Source: Aplysia californica (lineage: Eukaryota). From it: 64,000 nt of DNA. The notes beneath the pieces are model-generated. The model was not told the origin of the DNA. It saw only the letters and a program-made list of their open reading frames with translations, and made no database searches. The DNA is taken from positions 609,606 to 673,605 of the forward strand of contig NW_004797411.1 in the NCBI RefSeq assembly GCF_000002075.1, in the 5' to 3' direction. This document shows, in pieces, positions 11,801 through 25,351 of the stretch. Every line of letters starts with the position of its first letter. Position 1 is the first letter of the stretch. Position numbers and translations under genes: made by a program.

Positions 11801-13399
11801 CTGGAGGAAGATTCAGAGAATTCAGACAGACATGTGTCTGTTTCTTTGATTCATTGTGATTGTTAAAACTCAGTGGGCAAAATGCACATCGTGTTTTGAG
11901 TGTGTTTTTCGTTGTTCGTTTTATTGTTTGTTTCACGTTCTTGGAAATCAGCAGGGAAAGAGAGTTTGGAGGTGGGGGAATGAATAGCGTTTATTTCTTT
12001 GCTTTTTCGCTTGTTGTTTCTACAGTTCACTGAGAAAAAAGGCCAATAGCGTTTGTTTGTAATATCCGTTTGTCATTTTATAAAGATCACTGGATAAAAG
12101 TTCGAAGCTAGCTAAGTACTGTGAAAAAGCATTTTATTCTATTTTGATACGTTCTTTTTCTAAACATATAGAAGATTTGTCAGACTAAATGAACCATCTG
12201 AAGTATAGGATGTCGGGCTCGTAAGTGACAATTCATGGTTTCAGACACCGTTAGAGGACGATGCTGTGTCCTAGGGGGAGGCATTTTACACGAATTATCC
12301 TCATCTCATCCAGGCTGGAACAGGTACTAGGATAGCAAAACAGAGTGTCAATTTGTTGAAGATTAAGAGTGGCTGCCCAAAGTGAGGATTTGTCCAGTAC
12401 GAGGGCAATCATCGTTGGTCGCCTTGATTAAAGTCCGACACATCGTTCTGTCAATGATAACTCTTCCAGTGCCCGTATGGAATTGACGTGTAGAGCTGAT
12501 CGTTGTGAGAAAGTGATCTCGAAGATGCCAGAGCAGCATCTCTGTGTCTTCTTAGGCACGAGTGACCCGCAGTCTGCCTGGTGTGGTTCTGTCCAGTGAC
12601 TTGGAACATGCCTCTCAGGTTAGTGGTGGTAGGATGGGAGCAACGTAGAATCCACACGACTCTGTGCACCGATTGTACAGCTTGGAGCATGGGGTGTAGA
12701 GGGTCAGGGAGGGGTTGTACCTCTTTATGAGGAAGGCCTTCCATGTCCTTGTCACGACAGTCCTCTCTACATTGGTTCTCACCTGTGGCTCCACGAAACC
12801 GTGGCATGCGCAGTGGCGACATCCCGGTAACATCTTTGGCAGGCAGGCTGAACCTGGTAGAGGATAGCAGGTCGGGTTTCAAAAAGGGTTTGTCTCCCTA
12901 TGCATGCAAAGACTGGCTCTGGTGGACTGCTCGGACAAAACCACTCGGTGGTTCAACGAACAAAAAAGCAGTCACAGCAACAAGGGCACAGTGAGACAAG
13001 AAGACACTACTGGCTATCCGCTGAATCCCAGCCGAACTCCGCAGTCTTGATTGTGTCGTGCCACAAGAACCAGACAGGGACAAGGGTGGAGAGGCTGACG
13101 ACTTTGCGCAAATTCTCCCTCACTTCAATTAAATTCAAGCGCAAGTCATGACTTCATCATCCCAATCACCCAACCAACGCCCTCATACTTTTCAGGTCTG
13201 GCGGGCAAAGGACGAGTGGCCAAGCGACCGGCATGGACACACTGGCAGTCGTAGTCACAACGCTACACGTATGCGTCCCAGGCCATGTGGTCCCTTTTCG
13301 CTTTTCGCTGGGAACCCCGCAAACCACCTTGGCGACCAAGAAGCCCCTTTCAGGACAGCACTGCACTTTTCCCACCCCCAACGGACTGGTGTCCTAAAA

Positions 13400-14200
13400 A
13401 TTGCTTGTCTCACCCTCCCCTGGCCAGCATCCACGGCTGGCAGGGGTTCAACACGATTTCAAGGGTGCAGGACGATGGCGTGTACTCCCAGCCCTGCCCC
13501 TTCCTTAATGTAGTTAAGCACGGCTGCGTGCTGGCCCCACTCTGTTCAGCATGATACTCTCTGCTATGCAGACTGACACCTTTCACTATGGTGTCGGGTT
13601 GGTTGTTTTTTTATCACAGTGATGGGATGCAGAGGCTGCATGAAAAGACCAAAGTTCTTGAAGACACTGCCCGCTTTTTCCTTTTTGAAGACGACAGTGT
13701 GCTGAATGCCAGTACATAGTCAGACATGCAGGAATGCCTGGACCATCTTTCCAAAGCCTGCAACGACTTTGGCCTTCGTTTTTCCACTAAGAAGACCGTA
13801 GTGCTGTACCAGCCTGCCAAATCAATCCCTTACATAGACTCGCAATTTGCCACCAAAGGCCAAAGACTGGCAGTGGCAGATGAGTTTATTTACCTGGGCA
13901 GTGCCCTTTCTTGCTCGGTTAATAATAAAGTGCCAGAGCTAATTCAGCCTTCTGCCGACTTAAAGATAAGGTCTGGGAGCAAAGAGGACTGAGCCTTAAC
14001 ACCAAATTCAAAGTGTATAAAGTTCTGCCATCCATGCTCTGCGCTTGCCATACGTGGACAGTCTACATCCGGCATGCCAAGCAGCTCAATGCCTTCCACG
14101 TGCAATGCCTCAGGACCTTGCTCTGCATCAAGTGGCAAGACAAGAATCACAGACACTGGGGTACTCTAATGGGCCGAGATGGAGAACATTTAGATGGATA
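13400..14200 (+). mobile_element. RTE/BovB-like LINE reverse transcriptase fragment
   Basis: VKHGCVLAPTLFS, LF(E)DD, MQECLDHLSKACNDFGL..STKKT.VLYQP, FIYLGS, and LNAFHVQCLRTLL.IKWQDK. Confidence 0.85.
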
Positions 14201-14899
14201 GANNNNNNNNNNNNNNNNNNNNNNNNNNNNNNNNNNNNNNNNNNNNNNNNNNNNNNNNNNNNNNNNNNNNNNNNNNNNNNNNNNNNNNNNNNNNNNNNNN
14301 NNNNNNNNNNNNNNNNNNNNNNNNNNNNNNNNNNNNNNNNNNNNNNNNNNNNNNNNNNNNGCGAAATTATATTTAGCTTTGTATGGTGGTCATGTTTGTT
14401 ATACATTTATTACAAAACAGGCGAGCTTAAACACAAACTGCTTTCTAATATTAGGAAGGGATATATGGAGCATCGTTGCGACCTTTACGTTTTAACCGAT
14501 AACATTTCCAACTTCCGATTAATTCATCCAATTGCTCATCTATCCTACATAAATTCTTAATACTTTATAGTACAGACCTTGGCATGTAGAGTCATTTTTA
14601 AGGGTCTTGTTTTTTAAATGTTAGTAAGTCAGTACACGTTGGTGATGTACGCGTTGGTGATTCCGGTTTGCTTTTACCTGTGCAGCTGTCAACCTGTACT
14701 GAACACAGCTTAAAAATTTGGAATTGGAAATCAATAATTTGTTCAATTCTGGAATATCTTATAACGGTCAATAGAGATCAAAATGCATCGTTTTAGGAAT
14801 TCTTAATGTCAAATAAAGACAATCGTGCCTTTAAGAATACTGAATTTTACCTTCGTTTAAATTGTCAGGTCTGTAAAGTATGTGCTTTCTTCTTTAAAA

Positions 14900-15775
14900 A
14901 ATGCCAGATCTGCGACAGACATCGGCGATCATGGTTCTCCATTCCTTCTTCTGCTCGGATGTTTTTTTTTAAAGGACTACAACATCCTGATTTTTCCCCG
15001 TCACCCATCTGTTTAGGCTCTCCAAGTAAGCTGCTCTGAGCCTACCCCTACCTCGCTTGTCTTCGATTTTGCCAATGAAACCAAGATGTTCAAGGCCTTA
15101 AGTCTAATAAAGTGTCCCAGAAACTGCATTTATCTTTTCCTGATTGTTTTCACCAGGAAGCAGCCCAGGTGGGATTCTTCGAGTACTACCTCTTTTGATT
15201 TCTTTTTCTCACAGTATTTTTTCGGAACTCTCCTTAGAAACCACATTTCTGTTGCTTCTATTTTATTTTCACTGTCTTTTGTGATTATCCAGCATTCATG
15301 GCTTTATAGAAGGGTTGATCATTTGTCTTCCCATTCAACAATATCCGTTCACCTTTACGTTCCATTGCAGCAGTACCAAGAAGCGATTGAAGGCTTTTTC
15401 TAAATCTGGTATTAAAATTGTGTCATCGACATTTATATTTCTAAAGATTATTTCACTGGTTATGTTAAAAAGTTCTGGTGGCATAACACGTCCTTGCCTC
15501 ACTCCTCTTTTAATTTGCTTATATTCGTTGAATTCTCCATCAGTTCTTACAGCAGTGGTCCCTGTACAAATTCCAGATAGTTCTTACATCTTTGCCATGT
15601 CTATCGCTTCCTCTATTTTGAATAATTAATCATGCCTAATTTTATTGAAAACATTCGAAAAATCTATAAAGCAATGGAACAGATCTTTCTGTGCTTCAAT
15701 GCATCTTTCATTAACTCTATTTAAGAGAATATAGTATTTCTGGTGCCCTTGTCAGGAACAAAACCGCATTGTGTT
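14900..15775 (-). mobile_element. Decayed RTE-type LINE reverse transcriptase fragment
   Basis: QCGFVPDKGTRN, CFIDFS..F.KIRH, GVRQG..M.P.LFN and DDTILI on the minus strand, with frameshifts. Confidence 0.7.
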
Positions 15776-15794
15776 TTAGACATCTCTAGTCTTA

Positions 15795-16474
15795 GGCCTA
15801 TACCGCTCCTAGACATATCTGCCTTTAGACAGACTAAAACCTGTGTTTTAGGGAGTTGTGAACAATGGAGTAATACAAACCCTACCGCACTATTTAGTCA
15901 CAACATTTTAGTCGTAAAAAGTTGTGACCGGCCACAAGACTAAAGACTGGTTAGAGTCAGTAAGAGAATATAGCAGTCTTCCGCACTAAGATAAAGCTGC
16001 CCTGAAATTTGACGATTCGTCGAGTTCCATACACATACATATAAATACCTATTATGGTCGTGTTTTTGATGAGACTTCGAGTTCTTTTCACCAACACATA
16101 ATATATGCATGTGATTGTTTTTATGCCAAACTACATACTGTGCACATTGAGCAAGGACTATCTGCAATTTTTAAAAAAAATGAATCATTGACGTTGATGT
16201 TAATTGGACACAGAAATTAATAAGTGCAGTCGACGGCAAACCTTTGAAATACAGTGAATCCAAAATCTTGTTTCATGTTTCTTTCGTCTGATTGAAAACA
16301 TTAAAGCACATACACATGCCATCTCTGTCAATTCCATGTTCGACATGAATCGTTAACATCAAAGTCTTAAGACTTTTTTAGTTTTAGTACGGTTCGACTC
16401 AAGTGGAAGTTAAATTCTGCGACAAAACCGAATAAACGGTCTAAAGAGAGATTTGCCTAGGCGCGGTATAGGCC
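15795..16474. mobile_element. Non-autonomous PIF/Harbinger-type MITE (about 680 bp)
   Basis: About 35-bp imperfect TIRs (GGCCTATACCGC.CCTAG.CA.ATCT..CTTTAGAC) with TTA on both sides (15792-15794, 16475-16477). Confidence 0.75.
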
Positions 16475-16753
16475 TTAAGGCCGCTTTCCAAGGGACTGTT
16501 TTATGCGCATGTCGCCGCGGCATTTAACAACAAACATGACGCAGGAATAATGTTTTCTGCTACGCCGCGACTCTTTGACTTTTTGAACCAAGGTCTTAAT
16601 TCAGTCAATCGATCTGTCAGCTGTGTAGATCTTGTTTCCATCGTCTGTTGGGTCCTCCCCCTCACAAGCAGGGTTGTAGCGGGGGAGGGAAGATGGGGAG
16701 GGGGAAGGGAGGAAACCAAAGAAAGGGTATTCTTGTGTGTGTAGGTGTACTTG

Positions 16754-16815
<62 letters not shown>

Positions 16816-18226
16816 GGGGGAGGGATCGCTACGACCCTGCTTGCAATCACGCAGCCTAGGCCTAGGAGTCTCCTGCAGTCTAGATCAAGAATATAGATAT
16901 TAGCTCATACATGAAATTCGCAAGCAGTATTTACAAAATATTGATTGAATTGGTTTGGCCCAGGCCAGCTCTCTACAACTGCCAATTAGCGGAGTGTAAA
17001 GACGTCAAGCTGCCTTCTCCTCATTTTAGTTAGCAACACATAAGGAAATCATGGTTTCTTCCGCATGTAATAGTTCAGCATCAGCTGCTCCTATTATGAA
17101 CCGTTTCAGCCTTGACATCGTGTTATGAATGGAGGGAACGCAAGGCAATCATCATCTAGCCAATGGAAATGAAAATCAGCGCGGCTTTTGGCGTGGACTT
17201 TTTCGTCATAGATCTAGAAATCTAGCTTTCTGCGCGGCATATAACAATCCCATGTAAAGCAGCTTTCAGGCTGTTTCTCATTCTTCCGATAAGCAGTCGC
17301 AGAAAGATTTTTGTAAAATGACTCATAAGGCGTAATTTGTCATGTATCTCGAACTCAGTGGCACCTGGTGTTTTAGGTAAAGTTATAACAACTTACCTTA
17401 TCATATCTTCTTGAATCTAACCGCTGTCATCAAGAGATTTCAGAACTTTGTTGTCATTTCAGTTGATAGTTCTTCTTGTGTGACAATCGCGTCAACTTTT
17501 TCTCTTTTTTGTTTCATTTTCTTAATAGCGGCTTCTACTTTTGCTTTCAGGATTGATAGTTCATTTATTTATTTATTTATTCTCATTTTCCCCTCTGTTT
17601 TCTTTTAAAAGTTCTTCTATTTACTCTTACCAAATCTGGGCTTTTCCCACTAAGTTTTCGAATCACTACACAAAATACAATGAAGTTTGGACTGAAGTAT
17701 TCATTGACACTGCGAAATACACATTCAAAATGGGTTGGATATCGAGATTATAGATCTGGAAAAGTAGAAGCAGCAGAAACACAATCCGAAACGGAAGTAG
17801 CCCCCAGTAAAATATGAAATAGCTAATGGCAGAATGAAAACATCTGACAGCTTCGATTTACAGGAAAACCATAAAACCTGAAAAATCAAAAGGTACTTTC
17901 GGAACGTCGAAAATATGCCCAGTAACCCCTAGTGACAATTCTTAACTGAATCATATTTTTGTAGATTTTATGGGCACCTGTGTAAAAATGGTATACTGAC
18001 CTCACAAACGGGTTTAGCTCTATTATAACAAGATACTAGTTGTAAACCTCAAAGAACATGCTGTTGAGCCAGAATGTGCGCGAGGTAAAAACAATTTTTT
18101 TTGTTATAGTCATTAAGATTGATACAAATCAGTACCAAAATTAATTAACCTAAGGTATAAAAAAGTGAAGAAAAAGAAGCTGCCAATCATGTGCTGTTAC
18201 TTGTTTCTTTTTAAAAAAGTTTGTAC

Positions 18227-18297
18227 CTGGTACGATTCTGTCCAGAAGCCCATCCTCTTTGTCAACAGCGAGCCATTGGTTGCAAAGAAATATGGAT
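18227..18297 (-). CDS. PKD1-like gene exon (PLAT C-terminus: SIFLCNQWLAVDKEDGLLDRIVP)
   Basis: tttcctcag acceptor, gtacaa donor, phase 2 to 1. F.C..WLAV...DG...R motif. Confidence 0.93.
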
Positions 18298-19074
18298 CTG
18301 AGGAAATGTTACATTAGTTTCAAAATTATTATATAAATGACGGGGGAAAAGTAGCAAGAGAGTCAGAGATGAAGGGAAAAGACAAGTTGTTGTTGTTATT
18401 GTTGTTATTGTTGTTGTAGTTTTTTTTTGTTGTTGTTTTGCTATTTTTTGTCTTTTCAAAAGCATTAGAATAGTGAAATGGGGAGCGAACCATGATTGAT
18501 GATGCCTGCTTCAAACTTATCACTTGAAGCACCTTTATAAACCAGTCAACATTTTCATTAAGAAGCGTCGGACAGCAACACCATGTGTTTAGGAAGTCTG
18601 ATCTCTTGGTATAAAAAAAGCAAAGATATTCAGTAAAAATGGTTTATTTTCTATATGAGACTTGAACTCACATCATTTTGGATATAGGTGAAGTGAAGAA
18701 TAGCGTAAATATCACTCCATAAATTAAAAGTCTATGAACAGGAAAAAATACTGAAACAATTAAGCTTAAAAAGAACCTAAGGACTTAAACAATGCTTTTC
18801 TCTCCCACTCTACAGCCGAACTGTTTTACAGACCAAAACATTCTGAGAACGACAAGTGCATGAAAAACACAAGGGTAAAAGTTATAAATTGGTTCTCCCT
18901 TCCCTCCTCCCCGGTCCATTCCCTATTCGTAATAGCCTCTTTTTCCGTAGAAATCAGGGGACAAAACCTGACAAACGGAAAATACCCCCCCCCCCCTCCC
19001 TTTTTCCGATGTTGAGAGCGGAGATGGGGGTGGAGGCGGTCACAAAAACCTCATAGTCCCTAAATAGATCTCAC

Positions 19075-19235
19075 CTAGTCTGTTTATGAAGATCTTCAGC
19101 GTAGATTTTATTTAGATACCACGACTGGCCTTCACCTTCGCCAGAATTATCGTGCCAGATCCGCAGGAAACTCAAATCTCCAATGTCACGATCGGTAGCC
19201 ATGACGTAAGTCAGGACTGAACCTGTTGAGTGGTC
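19075..19235 (-). CDS. PKD1-like gene exon (PLAT core: IGDLSFLRIWHDNSGEGEGQSWYLNKI)
   Basis: ttttcccag acceptor, gtgaga donor, phase 0 to 2. RIWHDNSG...SWYL is the PLAT signature. Confidence 0.95.
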
Positions 19236-19743
19236 CTGGGAAAAAGTAATTTTAGAATGCAGATTTATGTTATGATACTGCCCTGGATATCAATCTGACC
19301 CCGCATGGCACTCTGGTAAACGTAAATTAAAACCCTCATGTGTTCGTGCTTCATGACGATAACACTGCGTAGTTGTTTGCCTGAGAGACATGACTCGTAC
19401 CCCCGCAGCAAACCATAAGGTCAGCACTCGGTCCAGCAGCTTTTAAATGTGGTCCATACTTAACTCTAACAAAATAAGCACTCGTGTAATCACCAATCTT
19501 TAATGTGTTATAGTTTTTACCTAGGCCTATCACTAGGCCATACAGGTCTAGATATCATTCCAAACTGTTCAATCCGAAAGAAAAATATCGTTATAGTCTG
19601 TATTGAAACAGACATTACGAGCGAACGTGTTTTTTTTCCTTCAGTTGATTAAAACAGTGTAATAAATAGTTCATATCATTGTCGTAGCATGTTGCGGAAA
19701 TGCAAAGCAGCTTGTTGATATTTTTTCAAGAAAGCCGAAACTA

Positions 19744-20953
19744 CACTCGCACAAAAAAGTCAAGGAACAACTTGTGTTTTCACCTGTTAAGTCTAATCTT
19801 CAATATCTCGTTAACCCATTAAGTTCAGTCAACTAACCTGGCACACGCACTGACAACTAAACACAGTTTGCATGTACAGCAAAGTTACCCACTCGAGCTT
19901 CAAAGTGACAACGCAGAGCATGCCAAAACACAGCCGAAAAACATGAAAAATGGGCTAAATTTATCTGCCTTAGCAGCATTGGCATAGGGGCTGGTGGCTA
20001 AAACTGAGCTTGGTACGTCCTAAACACGGAAGGATAGGCCTCGAGCAGGATGGCCCCGTTTGACCAACGACATGATCGACTGTTCCATTGTCAGACAGGC
20101 CGTGACGTCAGAAACCACCACTGCAAACCGCATCAAGGACCAACTACAGGTGACAGCCAAAGTCCACGAGAGCAAGGAGACAGTGAGGAACCGTCTCCGT
20201 AGAGCCAGGTTCGCTTCTCGTGTCCCTGTCAGATGGCCAAGGCACAGGCCGCCCCACAAAGCAGCTGCCCGGGCGCGTTCTGATCGTCATTCACAGTGGA
20301 CAAGACGTCAGTGGGACCATGTAGTCATCTCGATCGAATCCAGATTCAACATGCTGCACCAAAACAGCAGAGTCCATGTCCGGAGGCGTCGAGGAGAGCA
20401 GGTGGCGCCCTACGGTGGAGGGTCCGTTCTGGTGTGAGGAGGTCTCTCAGATCACCACAGGACCCCCCTGTAGCATATACAGGGCATTTTGACTGGGGCA
20501 GGGTACAGGGACAAAATCCTGCGTCCCCTTGCTGTGCCTCTCTTGCAGCAGACTGGACCATTTGGGATCACATTGACCGCGTATAAGGGACGACCACCCT
20601 CCTGCACAAAAAGTTCAACAACTCTTGGGCTACCTCGTCAAGGAGTGTAAAACCTACCGCAACAAGTTCTCCGAAGGCATGTCCTGTCCATGCGTAGACG
20701 CTGTACCGAGTGTTTGATCACCCAGGGTGGCTACACCTACTATTGACCATGTTCATGAAGAACCATGGCTGTTCAAGACTTTTGAAATCGGACCAGTGTG
20801 ATTTAAGCTCATCTTTCATGAAATTTTCGTAGTCGCTGAAATCTGAAATTGTACACACTTAATCTAGAGAGTTAAAGGCATCGTTTTGGAAAAAATGAAT
20901 ACATTCGGTTTAAATGCTTTTCAGTTATCTTTCTTTTCATTTTTGTGCGAGTT
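19744..20953 (+). mobile_element. Internally deleted Tc1-family DNA transposon
   Basis: TIRs CACTCGCACAAAAA / TTTTTGTGCGAGTT flanked by TA. Transposase remnants SKETVRNRLR, W..V..S(I)ESRF, GGGSV.V, YRDKILRP and WDHI. Confidence 0.88.
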
Positions 20954-21251
20954 TACAACGAGTTCATCATGACAGAATGCGAAAAGAGTGGTAAACTATT
21001 GCAATGAGCAGATGCAACATTTAAAAAATACGAATTTTAAGTGTGTCTTTCATTTTACTGGGGTTTTTTTTAAGAAACCAAAAAGAGCAATAGTCAATAC
21101 ATATAGCTTTTATCAATCCCTGATAAGAAATGATGGTTGAAATGGAGAATAAGAAATGTACCTTACGTTGTTAACCATCACCTCAACATAATACAATACA
21201 CATTGGAACATAATTCAAAACAATAATTCATACAATCACACACTCACTTAC

Positions 21252-21419
21252 TCGTTTCCCATCTGTGAGCAGCCTGACTCCGGTGTCTCCACTAGATCCC
21301 GTGAGAACAAAACTGACCCTAGATGTTGTCCCGGAGCCACCAGAGAGTCCAGTGTGCACGGTCAGCAGGTAGAAGTAATTGTCTATAGACAGGTTGTCGC
21401 TCAAGTAGCCCACTTGCCA
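21252..21419 (-). CDS. PKD1-like gene exon (PLAT N-terminus: LSDN...YFYLLTVHTG...GTTSRV...L.G..GDTGVRLLTD)
   Basis: attcag acceptor, gtaagt donor, phase 0 to 0. L.DN....Y.Y...V.TG....GTT motif. Confidence 0.95.
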
Positions 21420-22530
21420 CTGAATGGTTTGAAATATTGAGTTGTTAGAAGACTAAACGTCTAGTAATGATAAAAATTATAATAAACTGAATACAAAATA
21501 CGTGGAATATTGAGACGGGGAGAAAACTACTGCAGTTCACAAATACTCATTTAAGAGGTTAAAGCAAAGATACCACACCCTACGGTAAGATGCTGCAGCT
21601 GCTTCTTTCCCTTTGTAAAAAAAAACGTAGCACCAGCTCTGGTTGCGCGCGTAAAATAGGCCACGCCCCTAGCGAGCGTGTGACCGAGCCCTGATGGCTT
21701 GACGCTGGGCTTGTTGGATAGAGTAGAGTATGAGAGCGTCCTAGTTAATCCTACTCTAGGGCCCATTCTAATCTAGATCAAGATCTAAATAATTATATAG
21801 ATCTATCTACCAAACTAACGTATTGATCAACGTATTTCAATAATTTATTTAGATCTAAATTATTTAAAAAGAAAAACCTTAGATTTAAAAAGTCTCACTT
21901 CGGTAACGAATGATAAGATCAGGGGATAAATCTTGTGTACCGGTACCGGGCACCGGGTGCATAGGCTCACGATCTACTAAATCTAGATTCAAATCTAGGC
22001 CTAGACATTGACAATCACGAAATCTAGGCCTAGAATATATCCAATGCAATATCATTGATCGTATTGATGAGTTAGTATTGATGACAGGATGTTTAGGAGT
22101 ATGCATTGTTAGAAATCAAAAGATAGTGTCAATTAGTATTAAACAGGGAACGCTGCAATAGCAGGACAGAGAGAGAGANNNNNNNNNNNNNNNNNNNNNN
22201 NNNNNNNNNNNNNNNNNNNNNNNNNNNNNNNNNNNNNNNNNNNNNNNNNNNNNNNNNNNNNNNNNNNNNNNNNNNNNNNNNNNNNNNNNNNNNNNNNNNN
22301 NNNNNNNNNNNGAGAGAGAGAGAGAGAGAGAAAGAGGGAGGGGGAAGAGAGAGCATACAAAGAATACCAACATAGAATTAAGTATAATTATGTCTTATTA
22401 ACGACACACTTTCCCCAGTGACAAAGTCATCTATGCACTCATTGGACCTTCGTTAGGTGCTTTCAATTTTCCTCGACTACACGGCTGAAACCAGCTAATC
22501 ATAGACGGAATCGTACTTTCGCACGCTCGC

Positions 22531-22825
22531 CGCTGCGCTTTTCCCTTTTGTCAACCCGCAGCCACCTCCCGAATCGTCAGCCACCTCCCAACCTTTGACA
22601 TGGGTCAAACTTCCATCTATTTATAGGTAGTTAAATCTACCGGAACATGTATTAGGCGAAGTGATGTGCAATGATAGTCGCAATAGAGAGATTGTTTTGG
22701 TCTCTCTTTACTCATCTGCACCACACGGATTTAATTGATGTTTTTCCCTGGACTCTGCCTTTACTAAAATATCGAATCTAGATCTAGTTGTAATCTAGTT
22801 GCAGGTTGCAGGTTTAATAAATTGT

Positions 22826-22883
<58 letters not shown>

Positions 22884-23788
22884 GGGAGGAGTAGATCTTG
22901 CGAGAACTTCCGGGCAAAACAAAATGGCGACCCGCGTAGTTCGGCTCGATTCGAAAAGTGAAAGAGCCGTAGCATCTTTGTAGACGATCAAATTAGCTTA
23001 CTTTTGTGCTATAACGTCATTTTTTGTTGTTGTTGTGTGTTTTTTTGTTGTTTTTTTTTTTTTGCTTTTGTCAATTTGATCATCCACACCGATAGAAAGT
23101 ATTTCGAAATTAGGAAAAACTGGACTTGTTTCACACTGGGTGAGAATAGTCAAGGCTGGCAAGTCTCAACCGGGGTGAGAGGTCAATCGTAGGGTTTTTA
23201 TTCTCACCCCGGGTGAGGATAGCCACTTCCTTACTTAAATGATTAGGTGATTAAACTTGATCTCTTATTGACAATATAAAAGTCAATTTAAGCTTAATTT
23301 CCTTAGAAAAAAATGTGTTAGGTTTGCTAACTTCTTAGACTTTGTGTTAAACAACACTTTTAACAAAACGAATCCTTACAAGCCTAGGCTTGGCCTTTGT
23401 AATCTCGAAAGTTTAGAAGTAAAAGTAGAAGAGTCTGCTACTAGAGTCTAGAGTCAAGTCCAATTTATTTAATCTCTTGAATGTACTGGATAACAGAAAT
23501 CTGCAACCTGCCACTAGATTAAAACTCTAGATCTAGATCTAGATTCGAGATTTTAGTAAAAGCAGAGTCTTGGGAAAAACTTCAAGAAATTCTTGTGGTG
23601 ATGAGTAAAGAGAGACCAAAACAATCTCAATAAATAATATATCGCGACTATCACGGCACATCACTTCACCTATACATGTTCCGGTAACTACCTATAAATA
23701 GATGGAAGTTTGACCGGTGTCAAAGATTGGTATGTGGCTGACGATTCGGGAAGTGGCTACGGGTTGACGAAAGGGAAAAGCGCAACGC
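22531..23788. repeat. Long imperfect inverted repeat (arms about 22531-22815 and 23498-23788)
   Basis: The arms are reverse complements over about 280 bp, e.g. GGTCAAACTTCCATCTATTTATAGGTAGTTA vs TAACTACCTATAAATAGATGGAAGTTTGACC. Confidence 0.9.
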
Positions 23789-25351
23789 CTCTAATATTCA
23801 ACACTTAAATGACCTCTTTGTGTTACAGTTCCGTACAACTACTGCTATTCAAACCTTGGTCGCGTCCTGAGTTTGACCTTTCCGAAACCCCTGCTCTTCT
23901 CGGTCTCTGAGCCCACTCCGTCCTGAGCTCCCAACTCTTACCCACCCTTCCCCTCCCCCCCCTTTCCCGAGATCCCAACTCTTACCCCCCTCCCCCCCCC
24001 TTTTCCGAGCTCCCAACTCTTACCCACCCTTTCCCCCCTCCCACCCCTCCCCCCATCCCTCGGGAAAAGCACAGCCCCCCCCCCTCCCCCCACCCCGCCC
24101 AAACACAATCCCCCTGACATCTCAACCCACCCGTCGGTTTGATTCCCCTCCCCTCGCACCCTCCCCCGGGAAAAAACACAGAAATTTAATTTTCCGAATC
24201 TGATGGGTTTATTATGAACCCCCCAGATTGGGGGCGGGTATAGGCGGAGAATAGATATAGATCCGAGGGAAATAGCCTACGAAAAAAGAGTAGGGATTGG
24301 CTTCCTTAATCGAAGTTCGTCCAAACGAAAATAATACAACGCGTAGATGTAGAAAAGCGTATCGACCCGGAGGGACACGGAAACGCAGGGGGATGAGAAG
24401 GGAAATCTAGAGAAAGTGAGGGGGAGCTAAGGACACTAGAGATGCGCTGGGGGGGAAAGAGGTGGGCGGGGGGGGGGGGCGGGTGGGGGGGGAAGGGAGN
24501 NNNNNNNNNNNNNNNNNNNNNNNNNNNNNNNNNNNNNNNNNNNNNNNNNNNNNNNNNNNNNNNNNNNNNNNNNNNNNNNNNNNNNNNNNNNNNNNNNNNA
24601 AGGAGGGGGGGGGTGCACTTGAAAAATAAACTTATGATGTCCTGTTTAATAAATATATACGAGTATATATACAAGTGAGAATTAAACAAAACATGGGGAA
24701 ACAGAACAACTCTACACTACCTAGAAAAACTAGTGTAAACATGTACATCTTTCAGGATATGTGCAGAAAAAAATTCGATGTCTAAATTATTGTGCAAGAT
24801 AGTTTTTCTTTCCAACTTATAAATGGACAACATCAGCCTAGACCTTCGACGTATGAAATCGGTTAATATATTGCTGTGTGCACTATCTGCAAAACATTAG
24901 TAACAATATCTTTTGATATTAAAGTAGATGTTTTTATGATCCAATCGACACAATATAGATCATTTAGGAGACGTGCTTTGACCCATCTAATGAAAGCCTA
25001 CGTCCAAAGAGAAAGCTAGTTATACTCGATACATATTTTTCCCACTCTGGAATCAAGTTTCTTCGTGGGGCGGCGAAATGCTTAACTAATACACTACAGA
25101 CACAAGTAAAATCTGTTGATGATCGCAAAAAAAAGTTTATTTGAAGAACTGTATTCAGTGATTCACTTTATCACGTTTAATTTCAAATTGAGTAAGTTGA
25201 TATAAGATCTAAAACAGTATTTGTCATAGCTTCCTTTGCTTCAATGAGTCACATGGTGGGCCACGCTTTACCCCGTCGATAATTAAACATGCTTTATTAT
25301 TGTCACGGGATTGTTCCAAAAATGTGGGGGTGGTCTCTGATGGTGACTAAC

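Noticed and set aside
13150-13390. C-terminal remnant of a restriction-like-endonuclease (R2/NeSL-type) retroelement
   Set aside because: The resemblance is faint and covers only a few residues.
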